A program made the position numbers and the translations under genes. Below the pieces are notes generated by a model. It was not told the origin of the DNA. It worked only from the letters and a program-made list of their open reading frames with translations, and made no database searches. A stretch of DNA of 63,312 nucleotides, filler included. It is 7 parts of 7 records of this genome, joined end to end, with 100 filler letters (N's around TTAATTAATTAA, not from the genome) between each part and the next. Parts side by side here need not be neighbours in the genome. Positions count along the whole stretch, not along the records: positions 42,044 to 58,037 come from DRR723986_10687; positions 58,138 to 63,312 come from DRR723986_10755; 5 more parts are not named here. The stretch is one strand, 5' to 3'. This document shows, in pieces, positions 52,822 to 61,695 of this stretch. Positions within the stretch are counted from its first letter, which is position 1, and each line of letters starts with the position of its first letter.

Positions 52822-55800
52822 TTATTGAATAACTACAACAATTGAGCTTTGTAGCTCGCTATCAGCAGCCCGCAAACTAACCGTATATGAACCAGCCGGC
52901 CAACCTTCAGTTGAAAGTTTAATTGACTGTTCACCAACCGTAGCTTTTGCAGTTTGCTCAAGCACAGTTTGACCTAAAACATCCAGCACGCTCACGTGTA
53001 CTGCACGTGCGTCTGCGGAGTTAAACTGCACATTAAGGTCATTGCCACTCAGAATCGGATTCGGGAAAAGCGCAAATTCGCTGTTGGAAGATGACTTAAC
53101 AAGTGACTGCTTCAGGCGACTTGCCTGCGTAGATTGCATCACTTCCGGCGCCTCAGGCATTTCAGTTCCGTCTGACGTTCCAACCGAACCTGGATCAACA
53201 AGGCCGGCACCACAAAGATCGAATTCACCCGGGGCAAGCACATTAACTGAGCTGATGATCTTGCTGCGGTTTTCATCAACTCGCACAATCGCAAACGGCA
53301 TTGGAGCCATATCTTTGTTGGTGCGCGTCATTGACAGGCTTTCTTCATTACAGCCTACGTAGCACTCACAATCGGTAACCACAAGGTACGCGTCAATAGT
53401 AGCCGTTTGTGGGTTAAACTCCTGGCCAACAATTACAGCTCCACCAAAACGATTGGTTATCAGTTCATTTCCGTTACCATTTGCACCATAGTCACTTGCA
53501 CACTGTACGTTTAGTGCAACATCGGTGCGCAGGCTCCAGGCTTTGTTATTGTGACGGCCGGTGACGACCAAGTCATTGGCACAAGTCTGTTGAATCGCTA
53601 CGCCCTCCTCTTCAACGTTCAATGTGGAAGTGTAAATCGCCGAAAGACCTGGCTCAGGATTTCCGGCTGGGTCAATACGCATAATGAAGGCATCCGTAGA
53701 GGAACCATGGAAGGTAATGCCAGCCAATGCATAACCATCGTCCTGCTGTCCATCACCATCGCTGTTGATTTGAATTATATCAAATCCAAAACCATAGTAC
53801 GTAGGATCGGAATACTGGTACACGTTCTGCCATTGAGGATTACCGGCGATATCCGTTTTAATGACAACACTACCAAAATTACCAGCATCGTTAACCAAAC
53901 CGGCAATGACCCAACCATCGTCCTGTACACCGTCGCCATCATCATCCGTTGGACTCAATGAATAGACTTCGAGTGAGTTTAACGAAGTTTGATCAAGCAC
54001 TGCACCACTGACGAAGTTACCACTGACATCAAACTCAAGCAGATATGGGTCGCGATTAACATTATAACCCCAAAGCTCGGCCAGAACCATGTAACCAGTG
54101 ATGTTACCGCTGCGATTCAGAATCGGCTGTGCATCAACGGCTTTGGCATCAGACGTTCCAAGAATCGGGTTGAAGTTCCACGACAGGGTTGGTGCGCCGG
54201 AGGGGTCTGTAACTACAACGTATACCTGACTGTCAAATCCATCATTGGTTGTTCCAGCTACAAAGTATCCGCCGCTTGGCATTTCAATTACGGCCACACC
54301 TTCTTCGTTAGTGGAATGTGTTGGCAATGAAGGTTCATAGACGCGCGACCACAGGAGATTGCCGGCAGGATCTGTTTTAATCAGATACATGTCGTTGTCT
54401 CCAGTAACGTTGTAACTATTCGATACGCCAGTGACAATCAGCTGATCAAAAGCGTTGATAGTTACGTTATTGGCGATATCCGTTCCTGCTGCACCAAATG
54501 CGTGTTGGAATCCGCCTGTACCCGGAGTACATCCGCAGAACTGGCACTGAGCCTCAAGACTGGGATTGACTACTGAGTTGATTGGAAGTTCACCTGTACA
54601 GGCCATGTGGATAGTGGCCCAGTTTACGCTGCTCGTCTGGCTTTTGTTGTTGTCATGCTCTTCCGAAACTACAAGTTCCTGGTGGCAGATAGCATTCAGG
54701 TTAACATCAGTTTCAAAAACCCAGAAGTCCTGACTACCAGCACCAAATCCATACGCAAAACCAGCGAGGACATATGTGCCATTGGCACGACGACGAACGG
54801 AGCGGCCCTCTTCTGTGTCCGTGGTAGTTCCAAAGGTAAAGCTTTGCAACATTGTACCGTTAGCATCTACCTCAACAGCATACATGTCGGTTGAGCCATT
54901 GTTAAAACTGCGCGTCATTCCACAAAGGACAAAACCGCCGCCATTCGTGAATGCAACCGAATACCCTTTGTCAGTACTTGCACCACCATAGACTTTATTC
55001 CAGGTCACGTTTCCGTTTACATCCAGTCGCAGGAGAAACGCATCGTCTCCACCTGCACCGAGGTCTCGGATTGTTCCCACAACAATGAAGCCGTCAGAAA
55101 CACCGCCGTTAACAACTTCACGTATTTCATGAGCCTCGTCTGAGCCGACGTGCCCAATGAATCTAGACCAGTTAACGGCACCATTGTTATCCAGTTGAAC
55201 TACTACGGCGTCTTTGCCACCATAACCATATTCACCTAACTTACCGGCAACCATTATATCACCGCTAAGTGTTTCGATTGCACTGAATGCGTAATCTGCC
55301 GAGAGTTCGTCGGATGAGATTACGGTAGACCATTCAAGCTCCAGGTTATTATCCGTACGTACTACAAACATGTTGCCAACAATTACACTAGTCACGTTCG
55401 CATACGGACGCCCATAACTACCAGTGCGACCAGCAATTAGGTAACCATAGTCTGCCGTCTGTGTAACGCTGTATCCGTACTCATTGCGTGGACCTCCAAA
55501 TGTTCTGGTTTCGACCGCCAGACCACTTGTATTGGTAATTACCAGATATATGTCTGAGGTATTGTTTGGGCCACTTTTGGTGTTACCAACGATAGCAAAG
55601 CCGTCCAGATTTCCGTCTCCGTCACGATCGATCTCCTCGACGTCATAGCCATACTGATCATTAACATCACCATAAACCCGGGTCCACAACTCGACGCCGT
55701 TTTGATCCAGCCGAGTTAACATAATGTCATACCCGCCGGCACCGAAAGACCGAGTACTGCCGACCACCGCGTGTCCACCGTCGGAAGTCTGAATGACTTC

Positions 55801-55995
55801 TTCGGCATAGTCTCTTTCGGGGCCACCGATTGTAGAATTCATCCAAAATTGAGCTGATGCAGGTGTGGCATTTAAACAAATGCAGCACAACGCCGCCAGT
55901 GCAAGCAGGTGAATACTCTTGGCGCTCCTGAACAGTGGTTTGGTTTCTTTGCGAGCAATACGGTTCCACTCACCTTTGTTAAAAGGAGAAAACAT
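52822..55995 (-). CDS. About 1057-aa secreted double beta-propeller repeat protein with T9SS-type C-terminal domain
   Basis: Repeats QT.DGG..V.G.T.SFGAG..D..L..LD..G...W...YG; C-terminal LFPNP...DVLGQ...PAGSY; start 55995 or 56007. Confidence 0.85.
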   Translation of the reverse strand: MFSPFNKGEWNRIARKETKPLFRSAKSIHLLALAALCCICLNATPASAQFWMNSTIGGPERDYAEEVIQTSDGGHAVVGSTRSFGAGGYDIMLTRLDQNGVELWTRVYGDVNDQYGYDVEEIDRDGDGNLDGFAIVGNTKSGPNNTSDIYLVITNTSGLAVETRTFGGPRNEYGYSVTQTADYGYLIAGRTGSYGRPYANVTSVIVGNMFVVRTDNNLELEWSTVISSDELSADYAFSAIETLSGDIMVAGKLGEYGYGGKDAVVVQLDNNGAVNWSRFIGHVGSDEAHEIREVVNGGVSDGFIVVGTIRDLGAGGDDAFLLRLDVNGNVTWNKVYGGASTDKGYSVAFTNGGGFVLCGMTRSFNNGSTDMYAVEVDANGTMLQSFTFGTTTDTEEGRSVRRRANGTYVLAGFAYGFGAGSQDFWVFETDVNLNAICHQELVVSEEHDNNKSQTSSVNWATIHMACTGELPINSVVNPSLEAQCQFCGCTPGTGGFQHAFGAAGTDIANNVTINAFDQLIVTGVSNSYNVTGDNDMYLIKTDPAGNLLWSRVYEPSLPTHSTNEEGVAVIEMPSGGYFVAGTTNDGFDSQVYVVVTDPSGAPTLSWNFNPILGTSDAKAVDAQPILNRSGNITGYMVLAELWGYNVNRDPYLLEFDVSGNFVSGAVLDQTSLNSLEVYSLSPTDDDGDGVQDDGWVIAGLVNDAGNFGSVVIKTDIAGNPQWQNVYQYSDPTYYGFGFDIIQINSDGDGQQDDGYALAGITFHGSSTDAFIMRIDPAGNPEPGLSAIYTSTLNVEEEGVAIQQTCANDLVVTGRHNNKAWSLRTDVALNVQCASDYGANGNGNELITNRFGGAVIVGQEFNPQTATIDAYLVVTDCECYVGCNEESLSMTRTNKDMAPMPFAIVRVDENRSKIISSVNVLAPGEFDLCGAGLVDPGSVGTSDGTEMPEAPEVMQSTQASRLKQSLVKSSSNSEFALFPNPILSGNDLNVQFNSADARAVHVSVLDVLGQTVLEQTAKATVGEQSIKLSTEGWPAGSYTVSLRAADSELQSSIVVVIQ

Positions 55996-56726
55996 AAAAA
56001 ACCTCAATTGTTAAAATAATATTACAGGTGTGTTGAATGTGCCCTGTAGCCCAATTGGTGGGGGTATTGAGTCAATACAGACTACAGAACGACTTTGTTA
56101 TGATTAAACGTTGCTTACTTAACGTCCATGGTTAACTCAACACTATAGAGCGGCAGTAGTTAACAGCTGTCAGTCTGGTCCCGGCTATTGTTGTTTGTCC
56201 GCTGATTTTGGCAATAGTGCACAGCACTCTGTATCCTGCATAGATTGCGCAGAAAATAAACAAACAACTGTGCAGATAGACAATGCAAAAACAAACAATG
56301 CTGTTAATTTCGGGGACTTAGTTAAATATGGACGTGTATCTTGCGATGCGCTGAAAACTGGGGGAAGTTTTCTTTTAATAAAATGAACTCAGCACATAGT
56401 GGATTGTACATTTTGTTCATTGTTTTATGATGTTTTCTCCTGTAGTGGGGGCGGAGAAGTTACATCTAAAACATAGCCTGTGACCTTTGGCTACTATTAG
56501 TACACTTGCAGTATAATACTTGTCTTCCTTTTGAGCAAGGGATAATTTCGTCCCCTTATTAAGCCCATTCCTAAAGTGCTGAAAAGTAACAACTTAACAT
56601 ATTGATTATTTTTGGGTTAAATATAAATTGTTGTGTTGAGTACCTCATTGTTGCACTTGCAACAACAAGATTGCCGGTGAGAACAATTGCTTGATGTTCA
56701 GTCTTTGTGAGCCCGGCAGCACCAGG

Positions 56727-57212
56727 CTAAAAACCTGGAAGGCTCTTTAGCAGGTAGTGGTCTTCAGGAAGGTCATGATCGGGATAGTGCACAAATCCGT
56801 TCTTCTTGTAGAACGCTATAGCCGGTTCGTTCTGTTTGTGTACATAACAAAAATAGGAACCGGCCTTTACCGCCTTAAGGAACTCTTCGCCAAGCCCCAG
56901 CAATTCTTTCCCGATTCCCTGCCCCAACACTTTTGGCAAAAGGTATATTCGTGTTAGCTCATAACCTTCTTTGGTGTTGCTGATGTTGGAAAAGCCGACC
57001 GGATTACCATTCAGCAATGCTATTTTGAAAAATGCTTTACCTGCGGCAACCATTGGTACAATTGAGGCGATTGACTTTTCGGAATACGCCATTGAAAGAA
57101 ATTTGTCGATGTACTCTTTGTCTAGTATGCCGCCATATGCATTTCGCCAACTTGCGTCCGCGATACTACGCACCGCCGGAACCAGATTTTCCCTTAGATC
57201 GACGTATTGCAT
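56727..57212 (-). CDS. GNAT family N-acetyltransferase
   Basis: SW..AY.GI, IYLLP...GQGIGK.L, N..AI.FY.KNGF. Confidence 0.9.
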   Translation of the reverse strand: MQYVDLRENLVPAVRSIADASWRNAYGGILDKEYIDKFLSMAYSEKSIASIVPMVAAGKAFFKIALLNGNPVGFSNISNTKEGYELTRIYLLPKVLGQGIGKELLGLGEEFLKAVKAGSYFCYVHKQNEPAIAFYKKNGFVHYPDHDLPEDHYLLKSLPGF

Positions 57213-57667
57213 TTCCAAAGTGATTGTAATCCCTTTTTACTTCTAGATCAGGGTTCAGTATTGTTGTTTTTACAGCCCTCAAGCTAATAATATCTGTGAG
57301 TCGCGAAAGCCATTATGTCTGTACCCAAGCCGAAAGAGACGCGACTTTCGGGGAATCATTAGCACCTTTATGCAAATATTCAGCCCCAATCCGGAAGAAC
57401 AAGTACCAGGAGACACGGCAATACAGACGGCACATTCATTTCGATGACTACTAATAGTGTTCTTTGCAAGGTTACGTCAAATCCAGGTTGAAACAGTACT
57501 GTTTCCCGGAGGGCAAGTAGTGTTGCCGCAGAAGAAATTATGTCGGCCGGTCTTTTGCATAGAAGTTTTCGGCGGCGGTCCTTCGTACAGCTGCGTTTAT
57601 TTAGGTGGCTTTGGGAGTTCGGCAGCCACCCAAGCAGTGACCGGTGATGAACAAAATTCTTTAAAAT

Positions 57668-57696
57668 GACGAAGGCCCCTCAACACGAGGAGCCTT
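57668..57696 (-). terminator. Hairpin, near-duplicate of 57991-58020
   Basis: GACGAAGGCCCCTCAACACGAGGAGCCTT. Confidence 0.6.
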
Positions 57697-57993
57697 TAGA
57701 ATTATGACACAGTGCAAAACAAGAAGGATATAAAACGAGCCTGGCGACCGCTACGGGAGAATGGCGCTGTAATCATGCCTAAATTTGTAGTTGAAGGTCT
57801 GTGACGACTCGTGCGTTTTGGCCTGGTAATGCGGAGATCCTTCTGCTGGAGATTCTCAAATCACTAATTGCGGGAAGGCGAATGAATGCAGTTTCTCTTT
57901 ACGAGCGATGAATGCAAAACCAAACAACGCCGCCGCGTGGCATAGCCGTGGTGTATCCAGCCAAATTAGCGCATCGAACCGGTTTAAACCGAC

Positions 57994-58020
57994 GAAGGCT
58001 CCTCATTACGAGGAGCCTTC
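57994..58020 (-). terminator. Perfect 11-bp hairpin, probable rRNA-operon terminator
   Basis: GAAGGCTCCTC-attac-GAGGAGCCTTC. Confidence 0.65.
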
Positions 58021-58026
58021 ATAAAA

Positions 58027-58037
58027 GTCGGCGATTA
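58027..58037 (-). rRNA. Possible extreme 3' end of a 5S rRNA gene (only 11 nt visible)
   Basis: Minus strand TAATCGCCGAC resembles the 3' strand of 5S helix I; followed by tandem terminators; contig breaks here as expected at a multicopy rrn. Confidence 0.4.
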
Positions 58038-58138
58038 NNNNNNNNNNNNNNNNNNNNNNNNNNNNNNNNNNNNNNNNNNNNTTAATTAATTAANNNNNNN
58101 NNNNNNNNNNNNNNNNNNNNNNNNNNNNNNNNNNNNNG

Positions 58139-58345
58139 ACCAACTCGCTCTATTCCACCTGGGACGAACAGTTCTATCCGGGCGAGCGCGGCGCCGCGAT
58201 GGTGATGGCTCGTGTTGGAACCGGTGGCGGATTGACGCTCGATCCGGATTTCTGGGTCGAATTCCCGGCGGGCTACAGGTCGCACCAGATCCGGCTTGAA
58301 GGCGGGGACTGCTCTACTGACAGTTTCTGCTTCCCGTCGGTCTAG
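58139..58345 (+). CDS. 3' end of a selenium-binding protein SBP56/SELENBP1 (methanethiol oxidase family); absent from the ORF track
   Basis: Manual translation TNSLYSTWDEQFYP...LTLDPDFWVEF...HQIRLEGGDCSTDSFCFPSV*. Confidence 0.9.
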   Translation, partial: TNSLYSTWDEQFYPGERGAAMVMARVGTGGGLTLDPDFWVEFPAGYRSHQIRLEGGDCSTDSFCFPSV

Positions 58346-58348
58346 GTT

Positions 58349-59008
58349 TTGGAAGAGGCGAGTTTGTCGGCTCTCTGGTGGGCCGTCATTGCGTCTGGTC
58401 TCTATCACGGCGTGAACCCGGGCATGGGTTGGCCGTTGGCGGTGTCGGCTGCCTTGATGGAACAACGCGCGTTGGCCCTGCCGCGTGCGTTGTTGCTGCT
58501 GGCGGTCGGGCATCTGGCGGCAATGCTGGTTATTCTCTTGCCTTTTTCGGCAATGATCACGCTGGTTTCCCTGGAACGGGAAATCCGCATTGGCGCTGCC
58601 TGTCTGGTGATCGGCATGGGGCTGTACCTGCTGATCGCTGATCGCCATCCACGCTTTCTGGCCCGTATTTCACCAGCGAAGCTCGGCCTGTGGTCTTTTC
58701 TGGTGGCGATCGCTCATGGGGCAGGGCTCATGCTGGTGCCTATCTACCTGGGTATCTGCGCAATGGAGCAGGAGGCAGGCCACGCGGCGGCCGGAACACT
58801 CATGGGGGCAGATTTGAGGATGGCGTTGCTCGTGGCCGCGGTCCACACGCTCGCCATGGCGCTTGCCGGTGGCCTGCTGGCCATCGGCGTCTATTTCTGG
58901 CTGGGCCTGCGGTTCCTGCAAAAGGCGTGGTTCAACCTGGACAGGGTCTGGGCAGCCAGCCTCGTTTTCGTCGGTTTGTTTGCCCTTGCCCTGGCGCTCC
59001 GGAGCTGA
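58349..59008 (+). CDS. Multi-TM membrane protein with intramembrane His motifs, closely coupled to SBP56
   Basis: About 6-7 hydrophobic segments; YHGVNPGMGW, GH, AHGAG, VHT; starts 3 nt after the SBP56 stop. Confidence 0.8.
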   Translation: MEEASLSALWWAVIASGLYHGVNPGMGWPLAVSAALMEQRALALPRALLLLAVGHLAAMLVILLPFSAMITLVSLEREIRIGAACLVIGMGLYLLIADRHPRFLARISPAKLGLWSFLVAIAHGAGLMLVPIYLGICAMEQEAGHAAAGTLMGADLRMALLVAAVHTLAMALAGGLLAIGVYFWLGLRFLQKAWFNLDRVWAASLVFVGLFALALALRS

Positions 59009-59013
59009 GCTGC

Positions 59014-60276
59014 TCACCAGGTCAGCAGATGTGCCTCGAACGGAAACCTCGATAGGGTCTCGATACCGGTTTCGGTGATCAGGACCTGCTGCTCCAGCTT
59101 GACGCCTTCCTTGGCACCATCCTCGCCAATGTAGCTTTCGACACACAGTGTCATGCCCGGTTCCACGACACCGTCATAACCGGCGTCCGGAAAGTCGCCA
59201 TGGTGATAGAGGTAGGGGTATTCGCCGGTCATGCCGCAGCCATGGGCAGACAGGTAGTAGCGGTTGGCATAGTAGCGGTCGGGGATGTTCCACGCCCGGT
59301 CGGCATATTCCCGGAAGCTCATTCCGGGCTTCAGAATGCCCATGTTGTAGTGAACCTGCTCGTAGGCGACCTTGTAAAGTTCGCGCTGGGTGTCCGTCGG
59401 CCGGTCCGGGCCGGAGTGGAAGGTGCGTGAAAAGTCGGCATAATAACCGTGGCAGCCGACAACATCCGTATCGAGGGCTATCAGCTCGTTCGCGCCGATG
59501 ACGTTGTCAGATGTTTCCTGGAACCATGGATTGGTGCGCGCTCCAGCATTCAGCAGCCTCGTTTCGACATAGTCGCCGTTCTGCGCGATGATCGACTTGT
59601 GCAGCACTGACCAGAGTTCGGCTTCGGTAAGCCCCGGGCGAATTGCTTCACGCAGCTTCCCGACGCCTATTTCCGTCGCGCGCAACGAAGCAATCACGCA
59701 TTTCATTTCTTCCGGCGATTTGATCGCGCGCGCCATCTCCACGGGTTGCTGCGCGTCGACCACGTCGAGCCCGGCTTCTTTCAGCGCGATGGCCGTTCCC
59801 GCATTAAGCCGTTCCAGCCCCACCGTGGCGTCCTTCAAGCCTGTCAGCTCATGAATGGTATCGGCCATCTCCGCCGCCCAGGCGCGTTCGCGCTCTGCAA
59901 TATGAGGACCGGCAGCGACAAAGCTCGCGGTTTTCGAGGGGCGGACCTCATCGACTGTTTCATAGCCCTCTCCAAGATGAAGACAGCCGGTGAACTCGAA
60001 AAGAATGGAGCGGTTCTGGGTCAGCAGCAGGTAGCGCGACGGGGCATTGCGCATGGAAAAAACCTGCATGTTCCGGGTGCCGGTCGCGTAGCGGATGTTG
60101 ACCGGGTCGGAGAGGATTACCGCATCAACACCATATTCGGCCATCTTCTGCCGCACACGCTGCTGCCGGTATGTGCGCACGGCCACCAGATCGATCCCTT
60201 CCACCTCGGGTGCGCGGTCAAGCTGCGCCAGTCCCTGAAGGTCGCTGCGCTCCGCGTGCCAGTCCAGTTCCGCCAT
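59014..60276 (-). CDS. DddP-like M24B metallo-enzyme (Xaa-Pro peptidase fold)
   Basis: DP.NIRYAT...NMQ, DTD..G..GY.AD.SR, HG.G...EYP, CVE, KLE.QVL. Confidence 0.85.
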   Translation of the reverse strand: MAELDWHAERSDLQGLAQLDRAPEVEGIDLVAVRTYRQQRVRQKMAEYGVDAVILSDPVNIRYATGTRNMQVFSMRNAPSRYLLLTQNRSILFEFTGCLHLGEGYETVDEVRPSKTASFVAAGPHIAERERAWAAEMADTIHELTGLKDATVGLERLNAGTAIALKEAGLDVVDAQQPVEMARAIKSPEEMKCVIASLRATEIGVGKLREAIRPGLTEAELWSVLHKSIIAQNGDYVETRLLNAGARTNPWFQETSDNVIGANELIALDTDVVGCHGYYADFSRTFHSGPDRPTDTQRELYKVAYEQVHYNMGILKPGMSFREYADRAWNIPDRYYANRYYLSAHGCGMTGEYPYLYHHGDFPDAGYDGVVEPGMTLCVESYIGEDGAKEGVKLEQQVLITETGIETLSRFPFEAHLLTW

Positions 60277-60371
60277 TCGTCATCGTCTCCAGTTCAACTG
60301 GATGGAATATCGGCTGAGCTTCGATTCTTTAAAAGGCTGGAAAAAATCGGTTCATTGGATAACCTGCAGTA

Positions 60372-61259
60372 ATGCAGGCCTATCGAAAATCACTCCCGCC
60401 GCTCGACACGTTGGTCTTCTTTGAAGCCGCCATGCGTCATTTGAACTTTACAGAGGCTGCCGAAGAACTCTTCGTGACCCAGGCAGCCGTTTCCAAACGC
60501 ATCCGGCAGCTGGAAGACTGGCTGGGCGTCGACCTGTTCGAGCGGTCCGGCCGCAGGCTTCAGCCGACAGAAGCAGGAACATATCTTGCCGAGAAGACCG
60601 GCATGACGCTGGATTATCTGACGCAGGCGCTGAGTGCGCTGAAAGTGCCGGAGAGGCCTGTCGTGCGGATTGCGTCTGTGACGGCACTTGCTGCCTTCTG
60701 GCTCCAGCCTAAGCTCAAGGAATTTGCACTGTCAGACGAAGCCTGCCTGTTCAATCTGGCAACAGCAGACGATCTGGGAGACCTGCTCAAACCAGAGCAC
60801 GACCTTGTCATCCTGCACGGGGACGGCCGGTTTCCGGGCTGGCAGTCGGAATTGTTGTTTCAGGAGGTCCTGACACCTGTCGGGATGCCGGAAATTATTG
60901 ACGCCCTGCGGTCAGGAGGTGGTGGGAAACAGCCGGCGCTTCTCAACTACCCGCGTCTTGCTCCGAACTGGATCGATTGGACTGGCTGGATCCAGCGGAC
61001 AGGGAGATTGGATCTGAAAGATTGGCCTCTTCAGTTATGTGCAAGCTACAATCAGTCTGTAGGGCGGGCCCTGAAGGGGATCGGCATTGCGCTTGGCGCC
61101 TTGCCATTGTTGCGGGAAGAGATTTCTTCGGGAAGGCTCGTGCCGCTGGAAGGCGCTACGCTCAAGACGGGAATGGGCTATTACATCGCCTGGCCGAACA
61201 TGCGGCCGCTCGGCACGGAGGCCGAGCGATTGAAATCCGCGCTGCTGGAAGCCGGCTGA
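60372..61259 (+). CDS. LysR-family regulator (GcvA-like)
   Basis: LPPL..L..FEAA.RHLNFT.AAEEL.VTQAAVS.RIRQLE. Confidence 0.93.
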   Translation: MQAYRKSLPPLDTLVFFEAAMRHLNFTEAAEELFVTQAAVSKRIRQLEDWLGVDLFERSGRRLQPTEAGTYLAEKTGMTLDYLTQALSALKVPERPVVRIASVTALAAFWLQPKLKEFALSDEACLFNLATADDLGDLLKPEHDLVILHGDGRFPGWQSELLFQEVLTPVGMPEIIDALRSGGGGKQPALLNYPRLAPNWIDWTGWIQRTGRLDLKDWPLQLCASYNQSVGRALKGIGIALGALPLLREEISSGRLVPLEGATLKTGMGYYIAWPNMRPLGTEAERLKSALLEAG

Positions 61260-61263
61260 GGCG

Positions 61264-61695
61264 TCAGTTCCTCACCACATAGACCGAACATTTCGAGTGA
61301 CGGACGACCCGCGCCGCGTTTGGTCCGAGCAGGAATTCGCTCAGATGCGGCTGGTGGGCGCCAATGACAATGAGGTCTGCCCCGGTCTTTTTCGCGACTT
61401 CCAGGATTTCCTCGTAAATGGAGCCGGTGGCGACCAGATGCCGGATTTCGCTGTTTCTTTCCGCCCCGAGGACGCTTGAGACCTTCTCGACCAGCTTTTT
61501 CTGGGTTTCCGCCACCATCTGACCCTGGAAGTTCTCGTCGAAATAGGAAGCGACAAGATTGATGCCGGCGCTTGGGACGACCGTGATCACATCGAGCTGG
61601 GCACCGTCCAGACGGGCGAGCTTGTCGGCCGTTTCCAGAACCTTGGTGTCGTCGACCTGCTGGACGTCGACGGCGCACAAGATGGATTTCGTCAT
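61264..61695 (-). CDS. Universal stress protein (TRAP-associated)
   Basis: ILCAVD, G..YEEIL..A....ADLIVIGAH, LLG.NAARVVRH..CSVYVVR. Confidence 0.93.
   Translation of the reverse strand: MTKSILCAVDVQQVDDTKVLETADKLARLDGAQLDVITVVPSAGINLVASYFDENFQGQMVAETQKKLVEKVSSVLGAERNSEIRHLVATGSIYEEILEVAKKTGADLIVIGAHQPHLSEFLLGPNAARVVRHSKCSVYVVRN

Noticed and set aside
57739-57850. Faint resemblance to a degenerate 5S rRNA (GCCTGGCGACC...ATGCCTAAA...)
   Set aside because: Conserved 5S loops and terminal helix pairing cannot be reconstructed
14120-58137. Repeated TTAATTAATTAA and ORFs running into X/LIN
   Set aside because: Artificial concatenation linker, not biology
14250-60276. Apparent sulfur pathway: Met gamma-lyase, persulfide dioxygenase, SBP56 and DddP-like enzyme
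   Set aside because: The first two lie on separate contigs from evidently different organisms; only SBP56 and the DddP-like gene are physically linked
59014-60276. Assigning the symbol dddP
   Set aside because: Fold and ligands match, but the sequence appears too divergent from validated DddP to name it without a phylogeny
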